NCBI GenBank assembly: GCA_963514005.1
Contig: OY740782.1
Coordinates: forward strand, 76,136,001-76,200,000
Source of the DNA: Raja brachyura
Taxonomy: Eukaryota
Direction: 5' to 3'
DNA: 64,000 nucleotides
In this document: one piece after another, positions 45,041 through 58,654 of the stretch
Numbering within the stretch: the stretch's first letter is position 1
Layout: the number at the start of each line of letters is the position of its first letter
Made by a program: the position numbers and the translations under genes
The notes under the pieces: generated by a model
The model's input: only the letters and a program-made list of their open reading frames with translations
Told to the model about the DNA's origin: nothing
Databases searched by the model: none

Positions 45041-47411
45041 ACAATATAATGGACACAAAATGTACTGTTTAAAAAAAAATCATTTTCCTTCAACCACTAT
45101 AATTGCCTATTTCTATGGTCCATTGGCTGTTAACCTTGAAGTGACTGGGGTAAAGCAAGCAAGACCCGCTCTGTCAGAACACTCTCCAGGCTGACCTCTT
45201 GCGGTTCTGGGGAGGATGCTACCATGACAACCACGACAGATGTCAGCTAACCAATGCATAGTTGAGAAAGGCTCCTGTATTGTGAAAATCGATCATGTAA
45301 TGGTAATATGGAGCACATTCACCACACTGCCATGTGTTCTCCACTCAAACATTTATTCTACGTAGCAGTGAGAAGAAAGCATAAAATAAATGAAATGAAT
45401 ATGACCTTTTTTTCTGAAATGCCATTCTTGCTAAATTGCATCAAATTATGTCTAATATGAATAAAGGAGAAAAAAAATTACATTTCTAATATCATTTTTA
45501 ACGCATTGACTAGTAATGTCAATCTTTTGTGAGCAAATTGTTGAAAGTCAGAGCAGTAACAGTAGGTTATTGTTTTGTCGCCTGTAGTTGCACCGAGGTC
45601 ATCACAAAATACACAAAATCTTCGACATGATATGCTGCTGTCACTCATACTGCAGGATATTTAATCACATATCCCCCACAGGTAAAACTGACAGGAGCCA
45701 TTCCTTCAACTTAAATCAATAAGAGCCTTTTTTTTCCCAGAACCATAAAATACTTTGTTATACCTTTGAAGTGACCACACTCGGCTGCACAGTGAACACA
45801 GAGTAAGTGTATCCTGAGATAGATTGTAGCATGGGAACTCTTGGTGAAAATGGCATCAAAGGAAGCAATTGAACCTCCTCAGAACAATGGGAAAATGTGT
45901 CTACCCCCTTGTGTCCATGCAACTTTGTGGCAAATGCTAGTGTGTGAGGAAGCTATAAACAAACACACTAATTGGAAGTTCTGAACAGCTGCAGATGTAG
46001 GTTTTCCTGTCACACAGGATCACCAGGCTTTGACAAGGATGAGGCAAGTTGGGATCAGCTTCCAGTCAAACAAGTCCCCATGCCACATGTCCTTTCTCAA
46101 CACACTAGCAGAAATGGATTGATGGGGATGTAGAGCTGAAAGTGAGAACAGGTCACATTGAATCTTCATGTGGCCGGACTGACTATACCTATTGGAAAGC
46201 AATAATTGCAGTAGTTCAAAGTTTAGACTTATCAATTCAAGTGTCAGTATTTACACAAAAAATGATTTACCCATGTATATTTTATGAAGATAAACTTTTC
46301 CAGTGAATTAATTTTAAAAGATTTTCCTTTGGTTCAATTAAAACATACAGTATGCAGCAAAATGTTAATGCTAACTCAAAAAATATTAATGTTGGTTGCT
46401 CACTAAAATAAAACGGACCAAAATATGTGTGCTTTTGCTAGGACTAAAAATCATATTAATAATTTTCTATTCTTCAAGAAGAGATGACTGTATTCTAATA
46501 AAGCCTGTACTTGGGAAACATGTCTTCTGAAATATAATGTTTAGGACCCTTAGTCAAATAAGTACTTTAAGAATGTTATTAACAATTAATATTTTCAATT
46601 ATGTAGGAAAATTATCCAAACATATTCGTATATTAAAGTTATCCTCAGCATGAAGGATTATTCAATTTAGTTTCATTTCCATTCACCTGAATTAATTCAG
46701 ATACAATGCTGGGTTCATATGTAATTTTAAATGTTATTTGTTTATTAATCACGGTCATAAGATTAAGCATTTAATCAAATACTGGATATATTATTAAGCT
46801 CTAAGTGATTATTAATACATTTTTCAAATTAGAATATTTTTATAATTGTAATTGTAAATTAACAAATAGTTTCCATCTTCAGGTGGTTTGATTTGTTCCA
46901 ATCTAGATTTACTTAATCGAATCTTTAGGGGAAATGAGGTGTGTCATCAAATACAATAATATAATTCCAGGTCAGAAATGTCTTTCTTCGAATGATGTTC
47001 ATGAAAATAACAATAAACAATTTGCTTAACAAATAAGAAGCACTGGGCCGTAATTTTCAGTTAGATTATACAAAAATAATAGGAAAAAGCCGAAGGATGT
47101 TATAAAGCTCTAATTAATCAGCGGATGGGATCCTTTCATGAATGTTACCTGAATCATCTGATTGAATATAATCTTAATTTCTTTCCGATATACTTGTTAT
47201 AAACAAAGTGCAATATATATTATATAAATCTTATAAATGCTAACTTGTTCAAGTGTCAATGTTGTTATTGGTGGAACAGTAATTAACAGTAATTAATAAT
47301 GAAACATCAAGAAAATTACCACTAAGCAAATAAACTATTACCAATTTGTTAGACAAATATAAGAGTTTTCCCCAATAAAAACAGAACACACAGTTCTTCA
47401 CTGGAGCATTA

Positions 47412-47527
47412 GTTCTGATGAAGGGCCATTAAGTTGAAACATCAGATGCTGCCTGGCCTGCTGATTATCTCCAATATTTTCTGTTTTATTTCAGTTTTCC
47501 AACATCTGCAGATTTTTGCTTTTCAGG
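47412..47527 (+). mobile_element. Old pLTR fragment with hammerhead remnant
   Basis: CTGATGA 47415-47421 ... GAAACATC 47436-47443, then cagatgctgcctggcctgctga. Confidence 0.65.
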
Positions 47528-49569
47528 CTTTTCCAAAATGTTTCAATAAAACATTTATTAAAGTTAAAAAACTGATATTTCTTCAACTGATTCTAAAAGC
47601 CAGTGCTGGCTAAAATATTGAGATGTTAATGTCCCAATCATAGCAATATTTTCAATCAGATTAACAAAAACTGTACAATTATCAGTCTTTGTTTGGCATT
47701 TGTTTGTTAAGAAAGTGCATAAGAAACATAAATTAATGTTGTGGTCAACATAGGTCTCTCCTCATGTAAATGACATATTGGACGTAAGTGCACACATTGC
47801 CAGGGCAGGTATAGGGACTTCTACAATACACACTTGAACACACGACTGTAAAGGGTTCAGTTGTCCACATGTGGCTTGTTAACAGCCCAGGCCATTCATG
47901 CACAACTAGGGAATATAAAATCTCTCTTTGAAACTCAAAGGTTCCTGCCTGACACTGTTTGAACAGCAGGAGTCTGGTGTATGAAATCACTCACCTCTCT
48001 CTGTAGGTCTTCTTTGAGGTGCCTCCCACCACAACTTGGCCTGATTGCAATGCTGACCATTCCATCAATTGTCATCCGTGGCATACCCCCAATCTGACCC
48101 TTGAGATGCTGATCCCTAATTGTCCTGAAAAGATGCTGGCGAGTCATCTCCTTGAACCGTTACAGTCCACTTGCGATGGTACCTCCCATGATGCTGTAAG
48201 ACAGTGACTTTTAGGATCTAGATGTAATAACAATGCATTGTCAAGTTGCAGCTGAGCAAATAGATGACCTGGCCTGTAGCCAGGAGGGCAGCCCACTAGC
48301 TGGATCCTTTTAGGACTGATCCTTGGCAAATGGTGGGAAGCATAAAGCCACTCTAGGCAAGCATAAGAAAGGTTATGATCTCAAATGAGTACGCAAGGCA
48401 ACAACTGAGAGGGGGAGAAGAGTCAGTGATGAGAAATTCAGGGGCTAAAGGGGGAGGATATCTTGATCATGGGTCCAGTAGAAGCAAAAGGCTTTCTTAC
48501 TATGCTTGGGATATATTTCTGCTTCCTCTGGGCCATAAATAGTGCTATTAAATGCATCGTTTCCTGGGAAACCCATTCAGCAGCAGTGAATTTTAAATCA
48601 TGCTCCCATTTGCACTGTTGGAGTTCAATTTAAATATATTAATTAAATGCCCTGACTCTCCATAGTGCGGCACCTTGCCATGTGCAGTGACAGGCTGGAA
48701 GCACACTTCCTCCATATTTCAGTCTCCAAGCATTCTTGGCCCTCTCCTGCTTGTTGTTGGGGGTCAACATTGAAGGATTAGTTTTTGCGCACAGCTGACG
48801 GACTACTAGCAGGTAGGTTTTCAAAAAATATTATGCAACAAAACCAGAAAAGCTGGAAGTACTCAGCATGTCAGTGAGTATCTGTGACAGAGAAACAGAA
48901 TCAATATTTCAGCTTGTTGGCAGCTTTAGTATCAGGGAAATGTTAGGCAGAGCAACTATATCACACATTTGGCAGGACTCACAAGTGAATAACCCTGAGT
49001 AAAGCATTTTCATGAGGAAGGATAAAATGGCAGCAATGCTGGCAAAGGATTCCATGACCAGATTGTAAGGCTTTCCTATGGATATGTAATAACATTGATT
49101 TCATGGAGAATAAAGAAAAATGAAAATAATTGAAATTATGAGCTGAATTTTGCAGACAAGTTGTCAACAGTTCCACGGTGAACTCCTGACACTTTCGCCC
49201 ACGAAGCTTGGTGCATAGCCTTCCAAAGGCTGGTGAACCCACGGATCCATTAGTGGTCGGAGGATTCATCAGTATGTACTCTGGGGAATCTGCTTACTGA
49301 TCCTGTGTCAGGTTATACCCAACAAAGGATCCCCATTTCAATGAGAATTTTACAGCTTTGAAGAATTTTAAGGTTATTTGTATTTTCAGTAAAGTTATCT
49401 TTTCAGTATTGAAGGTTTTGTATTTTTAGGCGATTTTCTTATTTAAAAGTTTCTGAATTCTTCAGAATATCAGGAGCTTTCCAAACCTTTGCCAGGTATT
49501 GGCTGGGAGGAAAACTGGAGGGGTGGCTTTGATAATTGTTAAAGGTTCGACATGATACGTAGGAATTCT

Positions 49570-50375
49570 ATTTATCCCAGTAGGGAAATTGATCGGTCAA
49601 CAGTCTTAAAAACACAAAATACATGAAACATGAAATTAAAGTGATGAGTGGGGTGGATTGAGGGATGTGCAAAGATTGTGGAAGAAGTTAGGGAGATAGG
49701 AGGGAAGGGAGTCAGAATCAGTCTACCCCACGACAGAAGGGGGAGGAGTTGTAAAGTTTGATAGCAACAGGGAAGAAGGATCTCCTGTGGCGTTTTGTCC
49801 TTCATCTTGGTAGAACCAGTCTGTTGCTGAAGGTACTCCTCAGGTTGACCAGTGTGTCATGGAGGGAGTGAGCTGTATTGTCCAGGATGTTCCTTGTTGA
49901 TCCTATTGGCGTCCGCAGTCTTCACCCTGCTGCCCCAGCACACGGCAGCGAAGAAGATGGCACTGGTTACCAACGATTGGTAGAACATGTGCAGCATCTT
50001 ACGTTGAAGGAACAGGGCCTTCTCAAAAATTGCAACTGGCTCTGTCCCTTCTTGTACAGGGCCTTGACGTTCCTGGACCAGTCGAGTTTACTGTCCAGGT
50101 ACGCTCCAAGGTATTTGTACTCCCTAATAAACTGCACATCTACACCATTGATGGAGACAGGGGATGGGGTGCTCCACTGTTCCTAAAGTCCACCATCAAC
50201 TCCTTAGCCTGCTCGGTGTTGGGCTGCAGGTGATTCAGCCCACACCACTCACAAAGTTGTTGAACACACCTCTGTATTCAGCGTCCATCCCCTCACTGAT
50301 GCAGCCCACAATTGCAGAGATCTGAAAACGTCTGCAGGTGACAGGAGATGGAGTTATATCTGAAATAATCTGATA
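49570..50375 (-). mobile_element. Rex1/Babar LINE 3' part
   Basis: Minus-strand LQTFSD.SAIVGCISEG..EYRG..N.F..WC..NHL...KELMVDFR and YKKGQSQL.FLR motifs. Confidence 0.88.
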
Positions 50376-51157
50376 TATAGCTATGGACTATGCACTATAG
50401 TTGGATTATTTCAGTCATAATAATTGTTAAATTAGTACATAAAATTCACTAATATTGGCATGATTTGTAGATTTTTAATCTAGCAAGAAAACAGGCATTT
50501 AGTTTTTGGAAACTAAATGGACATAATAAGTGTGGACAGCAAATGCAACATAAATAATTTAGTTGTAAGATCTGAAAATGGCAATCAAGCTGGGAACAGG
50601 CAAGGCTGTTGTATTAAAGAGGTCTCAGATCAAAATAATTGGTTGGTAAGATTAGCATGGATTTCACTGTCAACTTTAAGTGAGTGAACAATTCAATAAA
50701 GGGAATACATTAAGAATATTGGGGTGAAACTAAACCCACTATGTTCACCTTCCTATCCTAGTGAGATGAACTTTGTCTAGCATGGCAACTGTTCAGTAGA
50801 ATCATAGAACATAGAACAGTACAACAGACAAACAAGTCATTCAGCTCACATTGTCTGTGCCAGAAATGGTGCAAAGTTAAACTAATCTCCTCTGCCTGCA
50901 CATGATCCATATCCCTCCATTTCCTGCATATCCATATTCCTATCTAAAATCCTCTTAAACACCACTATTATATCTACTTCCATCCACCACTCCCTGAGTA
51001 AAATACATGCCCCGTGCATCTCCTTTAAACTTTCCCCCTCATCATTTTATATCTGGTTTCCCCTCATCATCTGATGTTCCAGAGAAAACAATCCAAGTTT
51101 GTTCAATCTCTCCTTTTGGCTACTACTCAGTAATCCAGGCAGCATTCTGATAAACCT

Positions 51158-51849
51158 AAACAGAAAAAGCTGGAGTTAATAATTCTGGATTTTGCACCCC
51201 TTTGTCCATTCAGTGAAAACACCTAGAATACTGTAAAAATCCTTTATTTCACCTAGGTGACCTTGCTTCCCTTTCCTGCTCCGGAGAGCTCTCCAGCTCC
51301 AGTACAGCAAATTGAAAACATGTGCTCAAACAAAGGAATTAGCATATATATATATGGTTAATACAGTGGGAGGTAACTTGCAATGGGCGGTAATTCTAGA
51401 CCAATTACTACAGTATCACATGGTTATATAGGTGGGGACAATATTTCCACCCAATTACAATCATACACAGCATAATACATCTTAGCTAATCACAATAGCA
51501 TTGAACATCACATGTTTTACAAGAATGATGATGTCACAGCAAGAAAAGTGAGACCTAACTTCAATCAGCCACGAGGTATCCCCGATCTCCAAGAGACAGA
51601 ATCGTTAACCCCTTAGTCGTAGAGTATCCCCAGTTCTGCATATTCTCAGAGTAACTCAGCGGAACAGGCCACATCTCTGGAGAGAAGGAATGGGTGACAT
51701 TTTGGATCGAGACCCTTCTTCACACAAAGGGTCTCGAACCGAAACATCACCCATTCCTTCTCTCCAGAGATGCTACCTGTCCCGCTGAGTTACTCTAGCT
51801 TTTTGTGTCTATCTTCGGTTTAAACCAGCATCTGCAGTTCCTTCCCACA
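51158..51849. mobile_element. Inverted pLTR pair with 15-bp TSD (itself split by a solo LTR)
   Basis: CATTCTGATAAACCT 51143-51157 vs CATTCTGGTAAACCT 51850-51864. Arms 51649-51720 and 51728-51798 are reverse complements. Confidence 0.8.
51177..51648 (-). mobile_element. Solo LTR (ERV or Gypsy type), 472 bp
   Basis: 4-bp TSD GAGT (51173-51176, 51649-51652). The minus strand starts TG; the other end reads TA instead of CA. Minus-strand order: CCAAT/GC box (51385-51405), TATA (51344-51355), AATAAA (51243-51248). Confidence 0.7.
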
Positions 51850-52014
51850 CATTCTGGTAAACCTCTTTTGTATCTTCTCCGAAGCCTCAACTTCCTATCT
51901 GTAATGGGACAATCTGAACAATCTACACAATAAGTAACATTTGTTCACCGCATGCAACAAATAAAGTTTGTGAAGTTGCGCCGATAAACACCAAAAGCAC
52001 CAGAAAATTGATGA

Positions 52015-52365
52015 AAAGCAAAAAATGCTGGAAACGTTCAGCAAGTCAAACAGCATCTATATCTGAAGAAGGGTTTCGACCCAACACGGCATCCATTCCT
52101 TCTCTCCAGAGATGCTGCTTGTCACGCTGAGTTACTACAGCATTTTGTGTCTACCTTCTATGCATGGCGAAACAGTTAATGTTTTGGGTCTGGGAAACCT
52201 TCTCAATTGTAATGAATTTTAATTAATAATTTTAACTTACTAATTGTCTAACTAATTTTAGTCTAACTAAAATACAGTTCGTCCTTCTACTGAACGAGTG
52301 AATGTTTCTAGCATTTTCTGCTTTTGTTTTATATTTCCAGAATCTGCAATTTTTTGTTTTTCAAT
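52015..52365. mobile_element. Young pLTR (52061-52155) nested in an older pLTR hairpin
   Basis: CTGAAGAAGGGTTTCGACCC at 52063. The flanks match older aaatgctggaa..cagcatct / cagcattttctg arms. Confidence 0.7.
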
Positions 52366-53119
52366 TACCAGAAAATTAAAGACATGCTATTTCAGATGCA
52401 TGGAAATTTAAAATTATGCAATTAATCTTAATTTCTGCCTAACGTGTCTTACAATTAATTTTACTTTGTGTGAGGTTGCAATTTCTTCTGATTTGAAATA
52501 TTGAGAGAAATTTAAAATGTTTCCTTAAAATACTCTTTGAATACTCTTTAAAAGTGAAACCACCAGTTTGCTTTCACCTTCCCTGAAATATCCGAGTGAG
52601 GACTGTGTCCAGAATTATGTTGAGTGGTGGCGCGTTGCCACAAGGACAGCGGCAGCAACAGCTGTGAGTCTGGGAGGGCAAGCACCACTAATCTCTCAGC
52701 CTGCTTTGTTCTAATAATTATGGAGCGTCCCAGCATGGATTTGGCCTTGTCTTGTGGGTATAGAGCAGGAAATCAATGTCCGCACCATTAAATAGCAGCT
52801 ACTGTGCCATAAAACTCTGATATCACATCCCACACTGGTCAAACATGTGCTGTTTGCCAATAACTTTTGGCTTGATCTTGCAAGATGTGTGACAGGTCTG
52901 CAAGACTACAGCGAGGAGGGGCGTTCACTTTAATTTCTGAAAGAGCCCTGTGTGCCAGCCTGAAAGTATTCAATGAGGGAGCCATTGGCTCAGAGGGACT
53001 CCCCTTCAGAGAGCAGCTGCCATGACTTATCAGGCCAAGGAATGGGACTGGTCAATTTGGTGTCTGCCAGCAAGAGGTTCCCCACTCAGACATAACAACC
53101 TGATGTAGTTTGCCATGAA

Positions 53120-53377
53120 AAGTATCCAGTTCAGCTATTCAGTTATAAGGCAACTGAACCATCCTACCTCAACTAGAGAGCAGTCCTGAACTACTATCTA
53201 CCTGATTGGAGACCCTCGGACTAAATGTTATTCACATTATTCCCTTTATCATGTATCTGTACAGTGTACATGGCTCGATTGTAATCACGTATTGTCTTTC
53301 CACTGACAGGTTACAGGCAACAAAAGCTTTTCACTATACCTCAGTACAGGTGACAATGGGCTAAACTAAACTAAACT
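53120..53377 (+). mobile_element. Rex1/Babar-type 3' end
   Basis: ggcaactgaaccatcc...caaaagcttttcact...gtgacaat with an (aaact)n tail. Confidence 0.75.
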
Positions 53378-53699
53378 AGTATTCGATGGAGATATCCTCT
53401 TGCACGCTTCTCACTGCGATGCATTCTCATAGGGGAGGCTAATATCCCTGATATGGGTGGCGTGCCAAGCACAGCGTTTGTATTCCAAGCACTCACTTTG
53501 TTTAGTATCACCGCTGGTAGTTCCCCCGATACTCTTCCATACTGTGCATGCAGTGAGGGCAGTGCCCATGAAATCCCTCCTCACAATCACTTCATGATGA
53601 CAGAGGCAGTGCGCCCCAAAGGTAGAGAAGAACTGGGCACACCCAACCTCACATCTTGAAGCACCAGAGTGAATAATCTCTGGAACATCACATATTCCC

Positions 53700-54320
53700 T
53701 TATAATTTCACAGAAGATGGTGATTCAGCCCATTGCCTCTGTGCTAACTGTCACAGAAATTCAGCAATCATATTCCTCACTTATTTTCTTGCAACCTATT
53801 ATTTCTCATGCCTTTCAAATGCACCCTAATTCTCCTGTTATCCCCCTACACAGGGCTATTGCTAAATAACTCATTAATGCACCAAATTGTACCTTTGGTA
53901 CACATACAACATAGAACCGTAAAAACACAGAAACAGGACCTTCAGTCCCCAATGTCTGCGCTGAACATGATGCCAATTTAAACTAATCTCCTCTGCTTGC
54001 ATTTCTCTCCATACCCTGCATATTCATGTGCCAACCTGAAAGCCTCTTAGATGCCACTATTGTATCTGCCTCCACCACTGCTCCTGGCATCATGTTCCAG
54101 GCACTCATGCTCTCTGTGTATAAAAACATGCCTTCTCATCTCCTTTAAACTTTGCCCCTCTCACAGCAAAGGTATGCCCTCTAGTGTGACTGATGTGAAA
54201 GGAAACTGGAGAACCCATGGGGAAATCCACATGGCCACAAACATCACTGGAGGTCAGAACTGAACCCGAGTCCCTGGAGCTGTGAGGTATCAGTGCTTTG
54301 CTTCGATACCATATCAGTGA
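53700..54320 (-). mobile_element. Old V-SINE split by a CR1 3' fragment (53905-54185)
   Basis: ggaaactggagaaccc...gaacccgagtccctggagctgtgagg is the reverse V-SINE head/core. The CR1 tail caacatagaac..acaggacc lies inside. Confidence 0.65.
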
Positions 54321-55169
54321 CAGTCTATTGAGTCCAAGATGAGTGCAGGCAGAGGGGTAACATGTGAGATCAAGCTTCCAGCTCTTGTTTTGTAAATATT
54401 CTGCCATTTCTGATGCTAATGCTGACCAAGTTGCCCCATCTAAGTTTGTCTCCTTTGCCCACATTTGGTCCATATCCCTCTAAACCTTTCTCATCGAAGT
54501 CCATGTCCAAGTGTCTTTTAAGTGCTGTTATACAAGTGAAATTTGTGTGAACATCTAGTGAATTCGAACATTAGTCCTGTATTTCTCTCCATGCTGCCTG
54601 ACATTCAGAGCGGCCCTGGAATCTCTGTTTTAGTTTCAGACCTTTGGCAGCTAAACATTTTGCTTTTAGTTTAATTTTCCTGCTGAAATGTGTTGACATG
54701 CATCTTGACCATCAGCAGCTGCAGTAACAGGAGCCCAGCATCCATCTCCCATCACTATCTACCCATCGCTGCAGCAGGTATTAGTGCAATAATGCTGTTG
54801 GTTGGTTGCAGAGTTCAGACTTACGTTGTGCATGTGAATGAAAGGAAACGAGGTGGGAGACGAACAAGTTGGATTCCCAATAACCCTCTCTGGCTAAACC
54901 CCTCCCTTCACCACCTCCAGTTTAAATTCCAGTTGGAATATTTTGGAGGACCAAGTAACCAAGAACCAAGACTATGGAATTGGAGGATCAATACCGGCTC
55001 AATGGGAAAAATGGGAAGTCATGTTGGGAACAGTTGCCAACCTGGTGGAATTGTAGCACACGGCTACATGCATGCAAAGCTGCAGAAACAACTTGGATTA
55101 ACCAGAGTTAAGCAATTCCACAACCATTGAATAAGAAGTAGGTTCAGCAGCATTATCACATCCAGTTGT

Positions 55170-56246
55170 GAAACATAGAAACATAGAAATTAGGTGCAGG
55201 AATAGGCCATTCGGCCCTTCGAGCCTGCATCGCCATTCAATATGATCATGGCTGATCATCCAACTCAGTATCCCGTACCTGCCTTCTCTCCATACCCTCT
55301 AATCCCCTTAGCCACAAGGGCCACATCTAACTCCCTCTTAAATATATCCAATGAACTGGCCTCAACTACCCTCTGTGGCAGAGAGTTCCAGAGACCCACC
55401 ACTCTCTGTGTGAAAAAATTCCTTCTTTTCTCGGTCCTAAAGGATTTTCCCCTTATCCTTAAGCTGTGACCCATTGTCCTGGACCTCCCCAACATCGGGA
55501 ACAATCTTCCTGCATCTAGCCTGTCCAACCCCTTAAGAATCTTGTAAGTTTCTATAAGATCCCCTCTCAATCTCCTAAATTCTAGAGAGTATAAACCGAG
55601 TCTATGCAGTCTTTGTTCATAAGACAGTCCTGACATCCCAGGAATCAGTCTGGTGAACCTTCGTTGTACTCCCTCTATGGCAATAATGTCCTTCCTCAGA
55701 TTTGGAGACCAGAACTGTACGCAATACTCCAGTTGTGGCCTCACCAAGACCCTATACAACTGAAGTAGAACCTCCCTGCTCCTATACTCAAATCCTTTTG
55801 CTATGAAAGCTAACATACCATTGGCTTTCTTCACTGCCTGCTGTACCTGCATGCCTACTTTCAATGACTGGTGTACCATGACACCCAGGTCGCGCTGCAT
55901 CTCCCCTTTTCCTAATCGGCCACCATTTAGATAGTAGTCGGTTTTCCTATTTTTGCCACCAAAGTGGATAACCTCACATTTATCCACATTATACTGCATC
56001 TGCCAAACATTTGCCCACTCACCCAGCCTATCCAAGTCACCTTGCATTCTCCTAGCATCCTCCTCACAGCTAACACTGCCACCCAGCTTAGTGTCATCCG
56101 CAAACTTGGAGATATTGCCTTCAATTCCCTCATCCAGATCATTTATGTATATTGTAAATAGCTGGGGTCCCAGCACTGAGCCTTGCGGTACCCCACTAGT
56201 CACTGCCTGCCATTGTGAAAACGACCCGTTAACTCCTATTCTTTGC
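55170..56246 (-). mobile_element. Young 5'-truncated CR1 with an intact 327-codon RT fragment
   Basis: SGVPQGSVLGP, KFADDTK, LYRVLVRPQLEYC. Tail (tttctatg)n at 55170-55189. Confidence 0.97.
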
Positions 56247-56547
56247 AAGGAGGAGCAAGGTGAAGGAGGTGGACAATAAAATATTTAATGTGTGGAAAGG
56301 GCTCAAAGGAAATTCCCCATTTTTAATAAAGGCAGAGTCCTGTGTGTGAATTCAACCATGCTTAGTCAGAAATGCCAATTGGATGTTCCATCTCCAATTC
56401 CTCTTGAAATGTCCATTATGATAACACCAGGTTACAGCCAATTGGATTGATGCTACATATTATCAAGAAATGACCATGGGCTGACAAATACGGCAGCAGT
56501 GGTGAAGACCACTGCTCTACTAGCTGCACATAAGCCAAGCTGTGACT

Positions 56548-56680
56548 GTCATAAGATCATAAGTGATAGGAGCAGAATGAGACCATTTGGCCCATCAAGT
56601 CTACTCCGCCATTCAATCATGACTAATCTATCTCTCCCTCCTAACCCCCTTCTCCCCATAACCACTGATACCTGTACTAA
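56548..56680 (-). mobile_element. CR1 3' UTR fragment (cttatga tail)
   Basis: gtcataagatcataagtgataggagcag is the reverse of the tail at 14800-14830. Confidence 0.85.
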
Positions 56681-56939
56681 CCGACTGTGTATCTACACCA
56701 ATAGCATCCGCCTGACAATTTGAGGAATTGTCCAGGAATGGCTGGTTCATAAAATACAGAACAAATCCAATCCAGTTATCTACCGCCTGCTTAGTTTTCT
56801 CTTATTTAGCAGCAAAGTGATGGAAGGTGGTGTTATTTGTACCAAGTTTGCTGATGCATGGTTTGGGTTTTGGCAGAATCAGTCTTCTCCAGTCCTCAGC
56901 CTTGTCCCAAATATGGATCTAAGAATTGGATTCCAGATG

Positions 56940-58550
56940 TGGGATGAGAATGACCATTCTTATAACCAAGGCACCATTTGGCTGAATGTTGCATTAAGAC
57001 ACCCTGATAAAACTGAAGCCAATGGGCATCAGGGTAAAATAATTATATAAAACAAGGTGTATGTGCTTATCAGCGATTGATCATCCTAGCCTTGCTCATC
57101 AGTCTATGAAAGTAAGCATGCTGGGACAGCAGGCAGTGAAGAAAGCGAATGGCATGTTTGCCTTTATAACAAGAGGAGAAAAGAGTTCCTTCTGCAGTTG
57201 TACAGAGCCCTAGTGAGACCACACCTGGAGTATTGTGTGCAGTTTTGGTCCCCTAATGTGAGGAAGGACTTTCTTGCTATTGAGGGTAGGTTTACAAGGT
57301 TAATTCCCGGGATGGCGGGACTGTCATATGCTGAGAGAGTGGAGCAGCTGGGCTTGTACACTCTGGAGTTTAGAACGATGAGAGAGGATCTCATTGAAAC
57401 ATATAATATTGTTAAGGGTTTGGACATGCTAGGGGCAGGAAACATGTTCCCGATGTTGGGGGAGTCCAGATCCAGGGGCTACAGTTTAAGAATAAGGAGT
57501 AAGCCATTTAGAACAGCAACGAGGAAACACTTTTTCTCACAGAGAGTGGTGAGTCTGTGGAATTCTCTGCCTCAGAGGGCGGTGGAGGCAGGTTCTCTGG
57601 ATGCTTTCAAGAAAGAGCTAGATAGGGCTCTTAAAAATAGCGGAGTCAGGGGATATGGGGAGAAGGCAGGAACGGGGTACTGATCGGGGATGGTCACCCA
57701 TGATCCCATTGAATGGCGGTGCTGGCTCGAAGTGCCGAATGGCCTACTCCTGCACCTATTGTCTAGAACATCGAGGTGGTGTCCTAGGTCCGACCATCTT
57801 CAGTTGCATCATCATAAAGTAAAAATTGGAGATGTTCACTAGTGATCGCACAATGTACAATTCTATTCAAAATTCTTCTGAAAATAAAGCAGGTCATGTC
57901 TTCATGTGGCAAGAAACGTATGCATCACAAACATAGAAACAAAGAACTGTAGATGCCGGCTTATACCAAAGATAGACACAAAGTGCTGGAGTAACTCAGC
58001 GAGCCAGGCAGATGCTGCCTGGCCCATTAAGTTAATACAGAACTTTGTGCCTACGTTTTGCACCAAAATAGTGTCAGATATTCATCCTCTCCAACAACAG
58101 CAAAACCAACCATCTATTTTTTAATTCAATTACTTTATCCTCATTGGCACCAACCATCAGCATTCTGATGTTCACCACAAACTGGAAACTTACTGCTTTA
58201 GTCACTTTATTGCTGTGGCTATAGGAGCAGATGGAACTGACTCATGTATGGTTGGGTATCCTGCAGGGGATAACTCAATGGATGATGCTACAACGCTTTT
58301 CACCATCCACAGAGTAAAATTCAAGAGTATATTGGATTACTCTTACGTATGAATGGATGCAGAACCAATACCAAGAAGCTCCACACCATCCAGCTCATCT
58401 CACTAACCCTACCCATAGTTTATCCACCACAGGAGCACGGTGGCAATAACATATACCATCAGATAGTACAGAGCCACTACTCACCCAAGGTACTCTAACA
58501 GCACGTCCCAAACCTCTGATTTCTAACACCAAGAGAGCCAAGTTCATAAT
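56940..58550 (+). mobile_element. Ancient CR1/L2-like LINE hosting younger insertions
   Basis: Degraded VLGPTIFSC..MF..D.TM at 57780-57860. Also contains a pLTR hairpin at ~57930-58055. Confidence 0.55.
57097..57764 (+). mobile_element. Young CR1 (ctattgt tail) with two small internal deletions
   Basis: ORF 57198-57683 YRALVRPHLEYCVQFWSP. Nearly identical to 24488-24898. Confidence 0.95.
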
Positions 58551-58654
58551 TCGCTCCAAGTTCATTGTTCACTAAAGGTGGCAACACAAGTAGATAGGTT
58601 GGTAAAAGAGTATGCTTACTTTGTTTGCTCAGGGCATTGAGTACAAGACTCAGT

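Larger units (their letters stand above)
50800..51930 (-). mobile_element. Old CR1 3' part hosting nested insertions
   Basis: catagaacatagaacagtaca tail. The CR1 sequence breaks at 51157 and resumes at 51850. Confidence 0.8.

Noticed and set aside
47935-48147. GMPRMTIDG..IAIRP resembling a Harbinger/HARBI1 DDE motif, plus a minus-strand donor at ~47993
   Set aside because: The match is too short and no further catalytic motifs are recognisable in any frame; a TBLASTX search would be needed.
54690-55130. 146-aa ORF
   Set aside because: Non-ATG start, no splice or promoter context, no recognisable domain; lies among degraded repeats.
55265-56248. 327-aa RT ORF as a domesticated gene
   Set aside because: It is a 5'-truncated CR1 with an intact 3' UTR and tail and a near-identical sibling at 59248; intactness reflects youth.
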